From the human T2T-CHM13v2.0 reference genome, Homo sapiens: a stretch of 64,000 nucleotides of DNA. The DNA is taken from the NCBI RefSeq assembly GCF_009914755.1, contig NC_060927.1; one strand, 5' to 3'. Position numbers and translations under genes: made by a program. This document shows positions 28,188-41,660 of this stretch, one piece after another (positions within the stretch are counted from its first letter, which is position 1; every line of letters starts with the position of its first letter). A model generated the notes under the pieces. It did not search any database. It was not told where the DNA came from and saw only the letters and a list, made by a program, of their open reading frames with translations.

Positions 28188-28504
28188 TTTTTTTTTTTTT
28201 TTTTTTTTAATAAAAAGGGCTTCCCTCTGTTTCTTGGGCTACAGTGTAGTGCTTCAATCATGGGTCAATGCAGTCCTGAACTCCTGGGCTCAAGCAATCC
28301 TTCCACTTCAGTCCCAAGTAGCTAATACTACTAGGTATGTACTACCATGCCTGACTGATTTATTATCATCATCATTATTATTATTATTATTGTAGAGATA
28401 GGGGTCTTGCTATGTTGTTCAGGCTGGTCTTGAACTTCTGGCTTCAAGCAATCCTCCTGCTTCAGCCTCCCAATATGCTGGGATGTGAGCCACAATGCCT
28501 GGCC
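28188..28504 (-). mobile_element. AluJ inserted in an L2 3' end
   Basis: Antisense Alu with (ATC/ATT)n middle linker; L2 sequence on both sides (attcattcactcattc / ttgagtgcttact...gtgaacaaaac). Confidence 0.9.
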
Positions 28505-28947
28505 TCCATGCTTTTTTGAGTGCTTACTCTGATGTAGACTCCAATTATAGGCATTGGAGAGGGACACATCAGTGAACAAAACAAAACCTCTATCCTAATG
28601 AGGCCTATATTTTAGTGAGGGCAGACAGACAAATAAGTATATATAATGTCAGGAAGTGATGAATGCTATAAAATGTTGTCTCTAAAGAAGAAAATTGTCA
28701 TAAGCCATGGTCTCTTCCTATGCTGGAGACAGGCAATCCACAGACTTAAGGGTTTGGGGACATATGTGTGAAACTGGAGGATATGGCAGGAAAATAAAAA
28801 TTATAGGCAAAGCAATTATTAGCAAACAAGACAGTTTTCTGACTCTTATTAGAAAGTACTACAGATTCCCTTCACTTCCCATATGAAAAATCTATGATTT
28901 TAGTCAGCAGGTCCTTCACTTTGCTGTAAAAATGTAAAAGATGCATC

Positions 28948-28996
28948 TAGATACAGTGTTATTGTTCTGTATGTAGATACAATGTTACTGTTCTAC
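28948..28996. repeat. 26-bp tandem duplication
   Basis: tagatacagtgttattgttct / tagatacaatgttactgttct. Confidence 0.8.
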
Positions 28997-29529
28997 AGCA
29001 AGGGCAAAAAAATTCTTGCAGGCTTCCCACTGAGAAGGGCCTGTGCTGGAACAAGTAAAGCAGAAAGCCCTGGGGAAGTCTAGACTTGCCCCAACCCTCT
29101 GAGAGACTTGGGCCAGGCCCTTCACTGCTCTGCCCTATACCTCTTGAAGCCTAATTAAGTAAAATGAGGAGTATAGAAAGGAAGGTCTCTGTGGTCCCAT
29201 CCAACCTGAGCCATCTTTTTCTACCCTAGCTTACATTTCTGCCTGGGAGACTTACAAGCGCACAACAGGATTAATCCATCAGCTCTGCTGGGCTGGGAGA
29301 GGGAGGGAGCCAGGCGGAGGAAGTATCAATGATACCGCACTCCAGTGAGCACTGAAGAGGCTCCATTCATGGACCAACAAAACCTGGAAGAAGCCTCAGA
29401 CTTAATCAGCCAAGGAGGCTCCAGCAGCAGGAACAAAAGAAATCAAAGCTTCACTGGGTAATGCAGGCACAGCTTCTGTGTTCCTCCTGAGACCTGAACC
29501 CACTGGGTCCCCAGCAGACAAGAAGTGGT

Positions 29530-29608
29530 GGGCGTGGGGGCGTGGGCGCGTGGGCGCGTGAGCGCGCACTCGCGCACACCCACACACACACACAGACACA
29601 CACACACA
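29530..29608. promoter_or_regulatory. G4 motif with tandem EGR1 sites fused to a (CG)/(CA)n alternating tract
   Basis: GGG-cgt-GGGGG-cgt-GGG-cgcgt-GGG; GCGTGGGCG at 29540 and 29548; then gcgcgcac..(CA)n. Confidence 0.55.
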
Positions 29609-29925
29609 TACTGAGGGCTTACTGGTTTCCAGAAGAAAGGAGAGAACAAAGATGTGCAGACAAGGCACCTGCAGAATGAGACTATGGCTGATATCATTAA
29701 ACAAGAGCTTCATTTAACTTTAGACCATACTCTAGGAATGCTTACACAGTAGTTTAATTTTTTTCAGTTAAGATTCATGTTACACTTAATAAGTGAGGGA
29801 TGCTTTAATGAGATTCAAAATGAAACTCTTGCATGCACTTCTGCATAAAATCTTTCAGGGTCCTAGAGTTACTTGTTTCTTAACATATAGCAGTTGCAAT
29901 ACTTTGTATCATGCCTTTCCACAGA

Positions 29926-29987
29926 ACATCTAGCTAGGCATATTTCTTTTTGTTCTACATCTAGCTAGGCATGCTTCTTTTTGTTCT
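29926..29987. repeat. 31-bp tandem duplication
   Basis: acatctagctaggcat(at/gc)ttctttttgttct x2. Confidence 0.92.
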
Positions 29988-31292
29988 ATGTTCAGACAGT
30001 CTTCTAGTGAAGTAGGTTGAGATTATGCATCATGCCTAAGTGGGATGCTTAATCTCATTTAATAAGTGGAAAAACTGAGGTTGCGTTTCTTATGGCTGCT
30101 TATTACGCCTATGTGTGCCACCATAATCACCTGGGCCAACTTCGTCAATAGGGTGATCATTGTCCCTGAACTGATGGTGGTGGGAATGAGCATATCGTCA
30201 TCACCCTTCCTTAGGAAGTGCCAGAAGGAAGACAGGAGATTAAGATGCCACATAAAACTCAGTAACCTTACTGGAAAGAGTGCCTTCTCTGTGCTAGTCT
30301 AAATGCCACACTCTGTGTCTTTTTCAGGTGCTGAAAGTATCTGGAAGATTCCATTATTATCAGGATGACTCACAAAATTTAATAATTACTTGTTTTTGCT
30401 TTGTTTTGTGTGCCCATGTTTTACATGATGTGACCTTCTGCTGCCCTGTACTATCATAAATTGCATCTTTCTGAAGGCAGTTCTGAGTAAGTTTGTGTCC
30501 ATGAGTATGTGCTAGCATTTCAGCTCATGGGCATTGCCTTAAAGAAGTAACTGGAGCTGTCAGCAATCTGTTGTGAGGTCTTCAACTAGCTCATTTATTA
30601 AATAGCTTTAGGACAAATATTCTTGGCTGAAAAATCTGGTATAAAAATGAAAAGGAGAGTCCTGCAAACAAAGAATACAGTTCACTGTGTTCAGTTATTT
30701 TTCCCTAAAAAAAATGGGTAAGAGATGTAGAGTTAAAAAATATTTTTGAGTTGTTATGACCAGTTGATGACAGATGTGGTTTTTACTTTTAAAATATGGT
30801 ATCTGTGACTACAACTGATTGTAGGCAAAACCACAGAGATGCTTCTTTTGCTTGAATTCAGCTATTTTCCTTTTCTGTGTTCTTCTCCCAACTTGTGATT
30901 TGTTCTTACCCATGAATTAGGTGGCTCTTGAGTTGCTCTTGATCTTACCCCTATTCTTTGCTGTTGTCCCTAAGCAATGCTCTTTATCTGGGGCCAAACC
31001 CACTTCTTCTCCCCTCTCAATACTTTCCAGCCAGGGGTCCTGACTTTCCGGTCCAGGTGCAAGTTCCTGACGCTGGATAATTCCAGGCATCATTTCCACA
31101 ACATAGAGCTTTTGGGACAGAAAAGCCTTTACACAGCACTCATCTCAGATTCCCCATGGAGGGTCTGCCTATGCATTGAGTCTGGCCCCTTCAGACCCCT
31201 TTTTCTTGTCATCACAGAGGGAGCCCGAGCTCTTGGCCAGGCTTGTGAGCAGAGCAAAGACAGTTGCTATCGCTATAGAACCATTTAAAGCT

Positions 31293-31305
31293 TGTGTGTG
31301 TGTGT

Positions 31306-31343
<38 letters not shown>
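31293..31343. repeat. (TG)n microsatellite
   Basis: Directly visible. Confidence 0.97.
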
Positions 31344-31345
<2 letters not shown>

Positions 31346-32093
31346 AAAGACCTTCTGGTAGGCCTTATTACATCCTACTGGTTCTCCTCTCACTTCTGTG
31401 GTGTGAATGTTAATTATCTAGGAGCAGACCACTCCATCATTACAGATCTCACCTTCCCACTCTAGTCTGTTTCCCAGTGAAAACATAGCTTCTGCAGCCC
31501 TCAGCCCCTAGAGTTGACCCCTCCATCTTTACAGGCACTTCCTGCTTTTGGTGGCAACTTTCATCTCAAGGAATTAGAGGTGTTTTGTGCAGCCAGCACA
31601 CAGTGGAGACAGTGCACATTCGCAGAGCTGAACAGACTGCCAAGAAAAACAGTGCCCTTCTGCTGTAAAATTCCAGTAGAAGTCCTGTGGCTGGGATCGT
31701 GACACACACGGGAGTCTAAGGCTCACAACGGGCTAGCATAGTCTACCTTGTAAGCCTTACAAATATTGAAATATGGCTTTGCAGGGGGTAGTTTATATAA
31801 GATGAGGTAAGTTAGCCATGGGACTTTCCCCATAGTCAAAAAGTTTGAGAGCATTGAAGAAAAGTATAGCCTTGGTTGGAAGCCAAGGAATGGCCACCAT
31901 CTTTGAAGAGTATCTTCTTTTGCACCTGAAAATGGGCAGCTCAGCCTATGACACAGAAGGATGCAGAGAAGGCCCACTGATGGCCTTGGCCTCAGAGACT
32001 CATCACTGTCCTTTCAGACTCCAGATCCTGACTCTCTTGACATCATTAGAGTAGCATCCTCCATGCCCCAGGTGCTGACACAGCCTCCAAGCC

Positions 32094-32098
32094 ACACA

Positions 32099-32145
<47 letters not shown>
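32094..32145. repeat. (CA)n microsatellite
   Basis: Directly visible. Confidence 0.97.
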
Positions 32146-32146
<1 letters not shown>

Positions 32147-32279
32147 AGTTTGTTAATTTACCCAGAAAAATACAACTAATAAGAGTACTGGTTATTCACT
32201 CTGGCCAAATCAGCACACTGGCTCAGAATGCAGGCAGTGAGTTAAGCTTCAGAAGTGTCTCTCCATTGAGATGCTTTAG

Positions 32280-32699
<420 letters not shown>

Positions 32700-34541
32700 C
32701 CTTTTTTCTTTATTCTTATAACTGATCATTTCTTTGTACCCACCCCACACCCCAGACACATTTTGTTCTAAAGCATTCTTCAAGCAGAATGCGTACAATT
32801 GGTTGGGTTCTAAGTACTGCCCTTGCTGGTTCCCTGAGATTTCTCTTAAGTTCACCTTGATTGGTTTCTTAGGCATCCTTAAGTTCTTGGCTCACACATT
32901 TATAAATGATTTTTTTACTTTACTTCCAAAGATGACTAATTACATCAATTGTGTGTGGATTTTAGTGGTTTAACTCTTATTTAAACTGTATTTACAAGTT
33001 TTAGAACTTATCTTACTGTGGCCTTTATGCCCTTCAATGTCTTCTTAACTAATCTGTTGATAGAAGCAAACCTTCCAATGTCCCAGCCCCTGAATGGCAG
33101 AGACAGACGCTGAACTATGCATTCCAGCTATTATCCTTCCTCTGAACTGAACATTAGCCTTCACTCCTTCTATGAAGCCAGCTTTAAACATTCTTCCCAC
33201 ACTGCACATGGGGAGCTGTGGGGATAGTTAGCTGAACTTTCCCAACACCAACTTGTTGAAAGCAGAGGAATCAAATAAATGATGAAAGCAGCAGCAAATG
33301 AGCTTTTGTGCAAACTGAAAAGTGAGCAACCCACGCCCTCAGTTAGGGCTGGCAGCAGAAGTTTAATGGCCCCCCTTTCAGGGTCACTTAGTTAGTTGTA
33401 GTTTACAGGATGGTCCCAACTCCTGAGGTATCACTTGCTCCTCAAACATCTACTCGTAGCCCCCACCATGCTAGGCATGAAGTGTAGGGTAGGATGACTA
33501 AGAGATGAATAAGACATCATCCTTGCACTCCAGGAAGTCACAGTCTATGACGGTAGGACACTGGCTTGCTGGCAAGTGATTCCTGAAAGAAATGATGGAA
33601 TAATGACTGACAAGAAGAAGAAGGGAATTACCTGAAGAGGCGTTCAACCTTGCAGGACTTCACGCAAGCACAAGGCTGTTTCTTTGCTCTAAGAGCACTC
33701 ATTCCTCCTTTTCCTTCTCCCTGTCTCTTTTCTCCTGGCCTGTGGGGTCTGGCGGCTTGTCTATGTGATGGCTGCAGCTGCTGCTCTGCAGAATGAGTCA
33801 CCTCCACCGATCCCCCTACATGAGCAGCTCCGCACTCCATGAAGGGATCATGGATCTTCAGATTAAGCATAAATTTGAGCTAAAGTATTTATTTATTTAT
33901 TTTTAAATCAGAGCGAAAACTCTTATTTGAATATGAATGTGCTTCCCCACTTCACTTTGAAGCGTAAGGATTGTGGTAATTTCTGATGGAGAAAAGGGCA
34001 CAGGGAGGCCCCCTTTAAAAAACGGCATGTGCCCAGTATCCTGAGACCCCAGGGCCAGCAACCTTGAACCAATAAGTGACAAAAGGCAAAGGGATTAAGC
34101 TAGCCACATTTAAAAAGCTAACTAGGAAAGTTGGATTGATTTTGGCTAAATTAAACCCCAAAACCATGTAAAATGTTCCAAGAACGTGTATTCCTAAAGA
34201 TTTTATTGTTTATAAAATGTTAGTCCAACGTTGATATTATGAAATCAGCAATATTTAATAAATGTCCGTCACCTTATTCAGCACTGGAAATACTGAGCAA
34301 GACACAGTCACAGCCCTTGTGGTTCCTTGATGTTTCATCACAGTAAAAGACACAGCTTCCAAAAGGTTCTGCCAGAAGTGAAAGTTAGTCTCTGTTTCTG
34401 TCTCTGTCTCTCCCAACCTCTACCTTCCCTTTTGTCTTTCTCTCCTCCCCTACACCGATGATAGTCATGGACACAGTACATTGGCAACTAGCACACTGAT
34501 GTCCAGGCGCTGCTTGTATGGTCCACAATGTGCTACATGAT

Positions 34542-35253
<712 letters not shown>

Positions 35254-35474
35254 ATAGTGTATAGCAGATTTGACATGCTGACCTAAGCCTAAAGTGCTGT
35301 GCCACTGGGTGATCTCAGCCTTATCATAGTGAATCTTGCCTCTCCAGCCTCAACAGAAAGTAGAAAAAGCACAGTACTGGATAGCTTTCCAGCATAATCT
35401 GATCCCAGGGTGATCCTTCATGCTACTCTAAAGCCACATAGATAAACACAAAACATGATGAGGAGGGTGGGAAG

Positions 35475-35745
35475 CTAGTGTAATAAGATGATTAAATGCA
35501 GAGACTTAAAAACCAGACAGATTTGGGCTTGCATTCTGGTTCCACCATTCACTATTCATGTGAACTTTGCCAAGTTTCTTAACTTTTCTATGTCTCGGTT
35601 TTTCTCATTTACAAAATGAGACTAATAAAGCTTACTTCATAAATTTATTGTTGGGATGCACTAAGGTAAAGCATGCAAAGCCCTTAGCCCAGTACCTGGT
35701 AACTTACAAGTACTCAGTAAGTCGTAACTGTCATTAGTAGTGTTA
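35475..35745 (+). mobile_element. MIR
   Basis: ccagacagatttgggcttgcattctggttccacca...gtctcggtttttctcattttacaaaatgag. Confidence 0.8.
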
Positions 35746-35865
35746 GGATTGGAATAATAAGCCAATATTAGCACAATGTCTAAAAGATGATGTGTAACAA
35801 ACTAAAGAATTTTTTTAATTGTTGCCTTTCCTTGAAATGCTCTAAGTGTTAAGAAAAGGAGTATG

Positions 35866-36160
35866 GGCTGAGTGCAGTGGCTCACTCTTGTAATCCCAGC
35901 ACTTTGGGAGGCCAAGTGGGAGGACTGCTTGAGCCCAGGAGTTTGAGCCCAACCTGGACAACTTAGTGAGACCTCATTGCTAGAAAAAATTTTTAAAAAG
36001 CCAGATTTGGTGGCATGTGTCTGTAGTCCCCGCTACCTGGGTGGCTGAGGTGAGAGGATTGCTTGAATCCAGGAGGCTGAGGTTGCAGTAAGCCATGATC
36101 AAGTCATGGCACTTTAGTCTGGGCAACAGAGCCAGACTTTATTTCAAAAAAAAAAAAGAA
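35866..36160 (+). mobile_element. AluJ, full length
   Basis: Perfect 15-bp TSD aagaaaaggagtatg at 35851 and 36161, at a tt|aa endonuclease-like site. Confidence 0.96.
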
Positions 36161-36289
36161 AAGAAAAGGAGTATGAGAAAGAGATGACCCCAAGTATTAT
36201 TCACCTGAGACATTGGTATGCTACATCTGGAATATTAATACCTTTCCCAGCATACATCCTTTGGGGACGCTATGTATGAAATTCCTCAA

Positions 36290-37070
36290 ATAGGCATAGT
36301 GGTGAGGAAAATAGGCTCTAGTGTCAGACAAAGTTAAAATTCAAACTATCAATATACAGCTCTGTGACCTCAGGCAGCCTCCTTTACCTCTTCCTTATCT
36401 GTAAAATGGGGATAATAATTACATGGCATGGGGTTGCCATGTTGATTAAATATATTAATGTACATAAAATGCTTAGCCTAGTGCTTGACACGTAATAATG
36501 ACTCAATGGATGTTAGAATTATTAAACATGAGGAAATCAAGACTCCAAAAACTAAAGTCACTCGCCTAAGATCACACAGTTAGTAATTAGAAAAATTTAG
36601 ACTCTGGTTTTTCCAAATCCAAAGCTCATGTGCCTGCATTTTACCACATCATTCCATTATTTACACTTACATAATTGCCCTTAGGACTTCATTAATCTTC
36701 TGAAATTTGGGTCAAGCCATTCTCAGGCATAGTTGAAGAAAACAAGAAACCATACAGTGGACTATCACAGTGGCAGGAAATAAATGGAGTCCCTCCATTT
36801 TCAAGACTGGCCCAAACAGGCTCCTGAAGTTGCTTACCCTATAAGAAATTAGAGATATTACTTCACAGTTTTTGATTACCCGCTATTGAGTGTCTGTGCT
36901 TCATCAGGCTCAGTACTAGATGAGTTGTTTGTGTTTTTCCATTTAATTTTCACACAGTTCTTTGATGGAAGTAAGTACTTATTATCCCCATTTTACGGAG
37001 GAGGGAAGCTAAGATTCAAAGGGTTAAGTAACTTACTCAAGGTCACATAGGTAGAAAATGGCAAAACCTC
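36290..37070. mobile_element. Cluster of MIR fragments
   Basis: atctgtaaaatggggataataat; ttattatccccattttacggaggaggg...ggttaagtaacttactcaaggtcaca. Confidence 0.75.
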
Positions 37071-37859
37071 TGAAAGATAAATTAGGTTGAAAACAACCTT
37101 TCTGTACAATATAATCTTTTTTTTTAAAAATTTTGATCAGCATCTTCCAGATCTTCAGAGTAATAAATGCTGATTAGAGAAAATGTTGAAAGAAAAGTAT
37201 AAAGAAGCAGGAAATATTATCTATGATTCCACTGCCCAGTGTCACTCACTGTTAACTTTGGTACAGTTCCTTTGAACTCTCTCCATCTTTCTTTTTCATT
37301 GTATAGGTAAGATCACACTATATAATTCTGTAATGCAATTGTATGCAACTCTATAAAGTAGGTATTATATAATCAAATAGAACAGTTATGCAACCAGTAT
37401 TTTCATATACTCTACTTTTTAAGAGAAAGAAGTAAAGGACAACAAAAAGGTGATAGACCTAATTTATTTCAAAAACCCAAACAAAACACTGCCAGGCTGT
37501 GGCCTGTGGTTGCTATAAATTCCTTTCTGTTTTCCACCCCTTTTCCATCTACAGCATTAGGATTGATTTCCATTTTCTTGACCACAATGATGATTCACAA
37601 GCATCACAGATTAAAAGATGTTTAACGACACTTCCCTCCTTTGGCTTGCACTTGGACAGGCCAGCACTTGAGCAGGCCAGACTATGGGACCACTCAGTGG
37701 ACATCAGAAACAGGAGACGAACCACATCTCCCTCCTGTGGCCTGGATGGTGTTCCAATTTCCTCTTTTGGTCATTCTTGCTGGCTCTACAGTAGCCCTCT
37801 TGTCTCTAGGATCTAAATTTCAGGACTTCCTTCTCTGCAGCCCTTAGACACTTCTCTGA

Positions 37860-38340
37860 CTAACCATAGACTATGTGGAAAATGGTAGCTGGATTGCCTT
37901 TGGGTGGAGTCCTTGCCCTGTGGCATAGGAAACAAAGGAAAGGAGAGAGATGCCCTTTGAGATTAATGAAAATGCTCTCAGCCAAATAAAATCTAAAAAT
38001 AGCCTCCTTGTGATACGAACGCGTGGCCCCTAAGGGTCCTAAAGAGAGAGCTAGGGGAGGTTCAGCTGGCCACAGAGATGCTAAAGGTCAGGAGCAGACT
38101 TTTAGGGTTTGCTGTTTTATAGGTTTAAAGACCAGGTCTGTGTTTTGATAACTGAACTTGCTAATAGCTGGCCACTTGAGTTGCTTCTTCCAGCTCTTTG
38201 TTTGTTTTAAATAAAGAGATTCAGCCAGTAATAATGGGAAGAGCTGCAAATGACTTCCCCAGTTGGGAGTGCCTGCTTGTTTTTCCTTCTGCCTGGGCAT
38301 GCTGATGTGCAGGCCACACTCACAGACTCACACGTCTGAG
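37860..38340. promoter_or_regulatory. Candidate enhancer with MEF2, NKX2, GATA, FOX, E-box and nuclear-receptor motifs
   Basis: CTAAAAATAG at 37993, CAGCTG at 38063, AAAGGTCA at 38083, TGATAA at 38146, CCACTTGA at 38172, TGTTTGTT at 38199; repeat-free. Confidence 0.6.
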
Positions 38341-38489
38341 GAGATAGCCCAAGGGAGCCCTCGGTTTGTATATTTATATAGGATGTGTGTATAAGAATGT
38401 GTTCAAGTATCAAAATACATAGGTAACCATGGGTGAAAAGAGGAATTCTGTTGCAAGAATTTAAATATACTGTTTCTCGTACATTTATG

Positions 38490-39000
38490 TCTTCATTCAT
38501 TCCTTTAACAGACACTTATTGAGCACCTGCTGTGAGAAGCACTGTGCTATTTGCTGGGAGACATGCTGAGATTTCTAAAAAAGTGGGCCTTTATTTCTCC
38601 CCCTTCAGAAGCTTTCCATCCAGTGGGGGCACTATCTGATCATTCATTAAAGCGCACACGAGTCACCCACAATGAAAGATATTGTGGGATAAATGCTTTG
38701 GGAATGGTACCGAAAACAGGTGCTATAAGAACCCAGAGGAGTATGTGTTCACTTCGGACTTAAAAGACATCAAAGAAGATCAGTGGAGGAGGGAGTGGTG
38801 TGCTAGAAATCATACAGCAAATATCCAGTGGCAAGAAAAGGCACAGCATATTGGGAGTTTCAAGAAGACTGGTTTACCTGGAGAGGATTCTCATGGTAAG
38901 GTGAATTGAAATAAAATTGGAAGCTAAGAGTCAGATTGTATAGGGCCTTGAATGCCAAGTTCAGTTGACTTACACACATATAGATGAGGAAGTGGGAGGG
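38490..39000 (-). mobile_element. L2
   Basis: cattcattcctttaacagacacttattgagcacctgctgtg...agattgtatagggccttgaatgccaag. Confidence 0.75.
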
Positions 39001-39467
39001 AGGTAGCTCCCAAGGTCTCAGAAATCCAGGTGATAGGACTGAAATTATAACATAAAATGGCTCTTTACTTTCAGAATTGTTTCTAGGCCAGTAAGTCATC
39101 AATACACCCTAAGAAAATAAATTCATATGGAATTTGCCAAAGTTGTAGAAAGGATACAATCTCTAAATAAAGGGTAGCCCTTTAAGTTGAATCCATTAAG
39201 AAAAGTTAAATTATGCTTATTTTTTTCACCATGACCTAGTAAAAATTCTGTCACAACCATTGATACAGCTAAATCCCCTTTATTCCAACTCCAAGCTCCT
39301 CAAGGAACCTTGTGAATATCAGATGGAGCTATAGGAGAAGACATAAGAGGCCCCCTTAGTGCATTAGCTGCTACCCTGGTCTTGCACTTTGGTCTCTTGA
39401 GAGCCTTGCTAGCATGAATAAGCGTCCTCAAATGGGATCAGCTCTTGGGACACTGGCTAAGTTACAT

Positions 39468-39650
<183 letters not shown>

Positions 39651-39919
39651 TAAAAACCCTGGACTTGCCTTTGTGAATCCACCAAATGGCTCTTTCCAGA
39701 CTCTGATTGGGGCAGCTTACCAGCTTTCCCTCTGGGCCTCCTTAAAAAGCACCCAATCATTCAAAATACACACAGTTCTGGGTGATGGAAAAGTTTAATT
39801 AATAGACTTATGTGGCTTGCATATGTAAATCACCAAGAAGTAAATATAATTAAAAACTTTACAATAAAAAACTTTAAATATTCATACATTTTTTGATGAT
39901 TCAAGAACTACATTACCAA

Positions 39920-40430
39920 AAGACATAACCAGAATATATCAGAACTCTCAAAACGCAACAGAAAACAAATAAACCAATGTAAAAAAATGGGTAATTAAAC
40001 AGGCACTTAACAAAAAAGGATAGCTAGATGATAGTAAGTACACAAAAAGTTTTCAACAATTATTCATTATTAGGGAAATGTCCGTTAAAACTACAATGTG
40101 TTACCATTATATATAAAATTAAAAATACTGACAATACCAAGTGCTGACAAGGATGCGGAGCAACTGGAAATCTCATGCATTGCACATGTGAATGCAAAGT
40201 AGTAAAGCGACTCTGGACAATGGCTTGGCAATTCCTTAAAACGTTAAACATACACAATGACCCAATAATCCCATCCCTCAGGTTTTTACTGTAGAGAAAT
40301 GAAAGCTTATGCTCACACAAAAACCTGTACATGCATGTTTATAGCAGCTCTAGTCAGAATCACCAAAAACTTGAAACCAACCACCCAACTATTCTTAAAT
40401 AAGTAAATGGGTAACAAAACCACATCAGAA
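39920..40430 (+). mobile_element. Old L1M ORF2 end / 3' region
   Basis: attagggaaatg...actgacaataccaagtgctgacaaggatgcggagcaactggaa...acacaaaaacctgtacatgcatgtttatagcagc. Confidence 0.85.
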
Positions 40431-41217
40431 TCTTACAGTATTTTGGGGGAACATAATGACCAATTAGCATCATGAAGTGGTACCATAGAAGGAAAATGGT
40501 CATATTTTTTCCTTCTGCTTATTAAAATTCCAGATAAAGTGAGGGTTCCAGATAAAGTAGGCTCCTTATGTTTATAAGAAAATGTGTAAACATTAGCCAC
40601 ACTGTGAGTTATGAGTGTTTGTGTTGCAGCTAAATGCACAAGTATTGAGCATGGAATGCAGGTTTTGAAAGAGCAGAAGAATAAAGCATATGAGTGGGAG
40701 AAGGAAGAGAAAGGCTGCATGCAGAATAAATAAAAGCATCTCTGTTCATCAGTGTTGACTTCAACCTCAGAACCAAAATAAAGCAACTGTATGCATGAGT
40801 ATATATATGTGTGTGGTCCATGTTCATTTGGAGGGTCAAAAGCCTTTGATTAAAATTTTTTAAATTAAGACTCAGAATCATTCAGTGTTTTTAAAAACTG
40901 ATCTCCTTAAGGAGAAGAATCCTATGTTTTGATGGACATGAGAATAGACAAACTTAAAGAATTGGGAGAGCAGGAGGCCCTGCCAGAGGAAGGCCTGTCT
41001 AAATCCACATACCAGTGCAAGCTGTCTTCGGCTGTCCTACGTACTAAGGGACATAGCTCAGCACAGCCAGTCCCTGTGATGCATCAGCCACTGCATCCGT
41101 AAACCAGTGACCACTTCTGAAGCAGCAGAAGTTATTTTGCTGCAAATCTATCTCCAAGATCCAAAATGTGTTTAATCGGGGTGAGCCATTAACTGAATTA
41201 AATGAGACATATGTTTA

Positions 41218-41231
41218 CCAGCAGGTGGCAA
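41218..41231 (+). promoter_or_regulatory. CTCF core motif
   Basis: CCAGCAGGTGGCAA versus consensus CCASYAGRKGGCRS (13 of 14 match). Confidence 0.55.
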
Positions 41232-41399
41232 CAGAGGTAATGGTGTCTCCCAAAACGTTAAACTTGCATTATTTTATACGCCAGAAATGGGAATCTTCAA
41301 AACTTGATTGGGTCCCAACTTAACTTCACTCTATCTTACATTTGCATTCTGAGATGAAATTATTCAAGCCAAGATATTGTAACCAGAAACATAAATTTT

Positions 41400-41660
41400 T
41401 CTTTTATTAAGCTGATATTGTGCTTCATTTTCTAAGGGTGGCTCCTCCAGGAGTTTGATATTTTTAATTGAAAAATTGGAAAAATAAAACATTATTTATA
41501 GCCTCATGAGTTAGACTTATTTGTGGTCAAGGGAGGCTTTTAAAAGGTGAAATAAACACTATTTTCAAATACAGCTGCCTGACATTTAATAGTGGAACGC
41601 ATATTCTCTTGTGAACAAAGACGAAGCAATTCGACCACTTTTGAATGTCAAAGACATACT
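41400..41660. promoter_or_regulatory. Candidate enhancer with MEF2, RUNX, TBX, FOX, E-box, MEIS and SOX motifs
   Basis: TTATTTATAG at 41492, TGTGGTC at 41522, AGGTGA at 41545, AATAAACA at 41551, CAGCTG at 41572, TGACA at 41580, AACAAAG at 41614. Confidence 0.45.

Noticed and set aside
30066-30302. 78-aa ORF with a membrane-like N-terminus
   Set aside because: It has a GTG start inside MIR-like sequence and no recognisable homology or supporting splice context.
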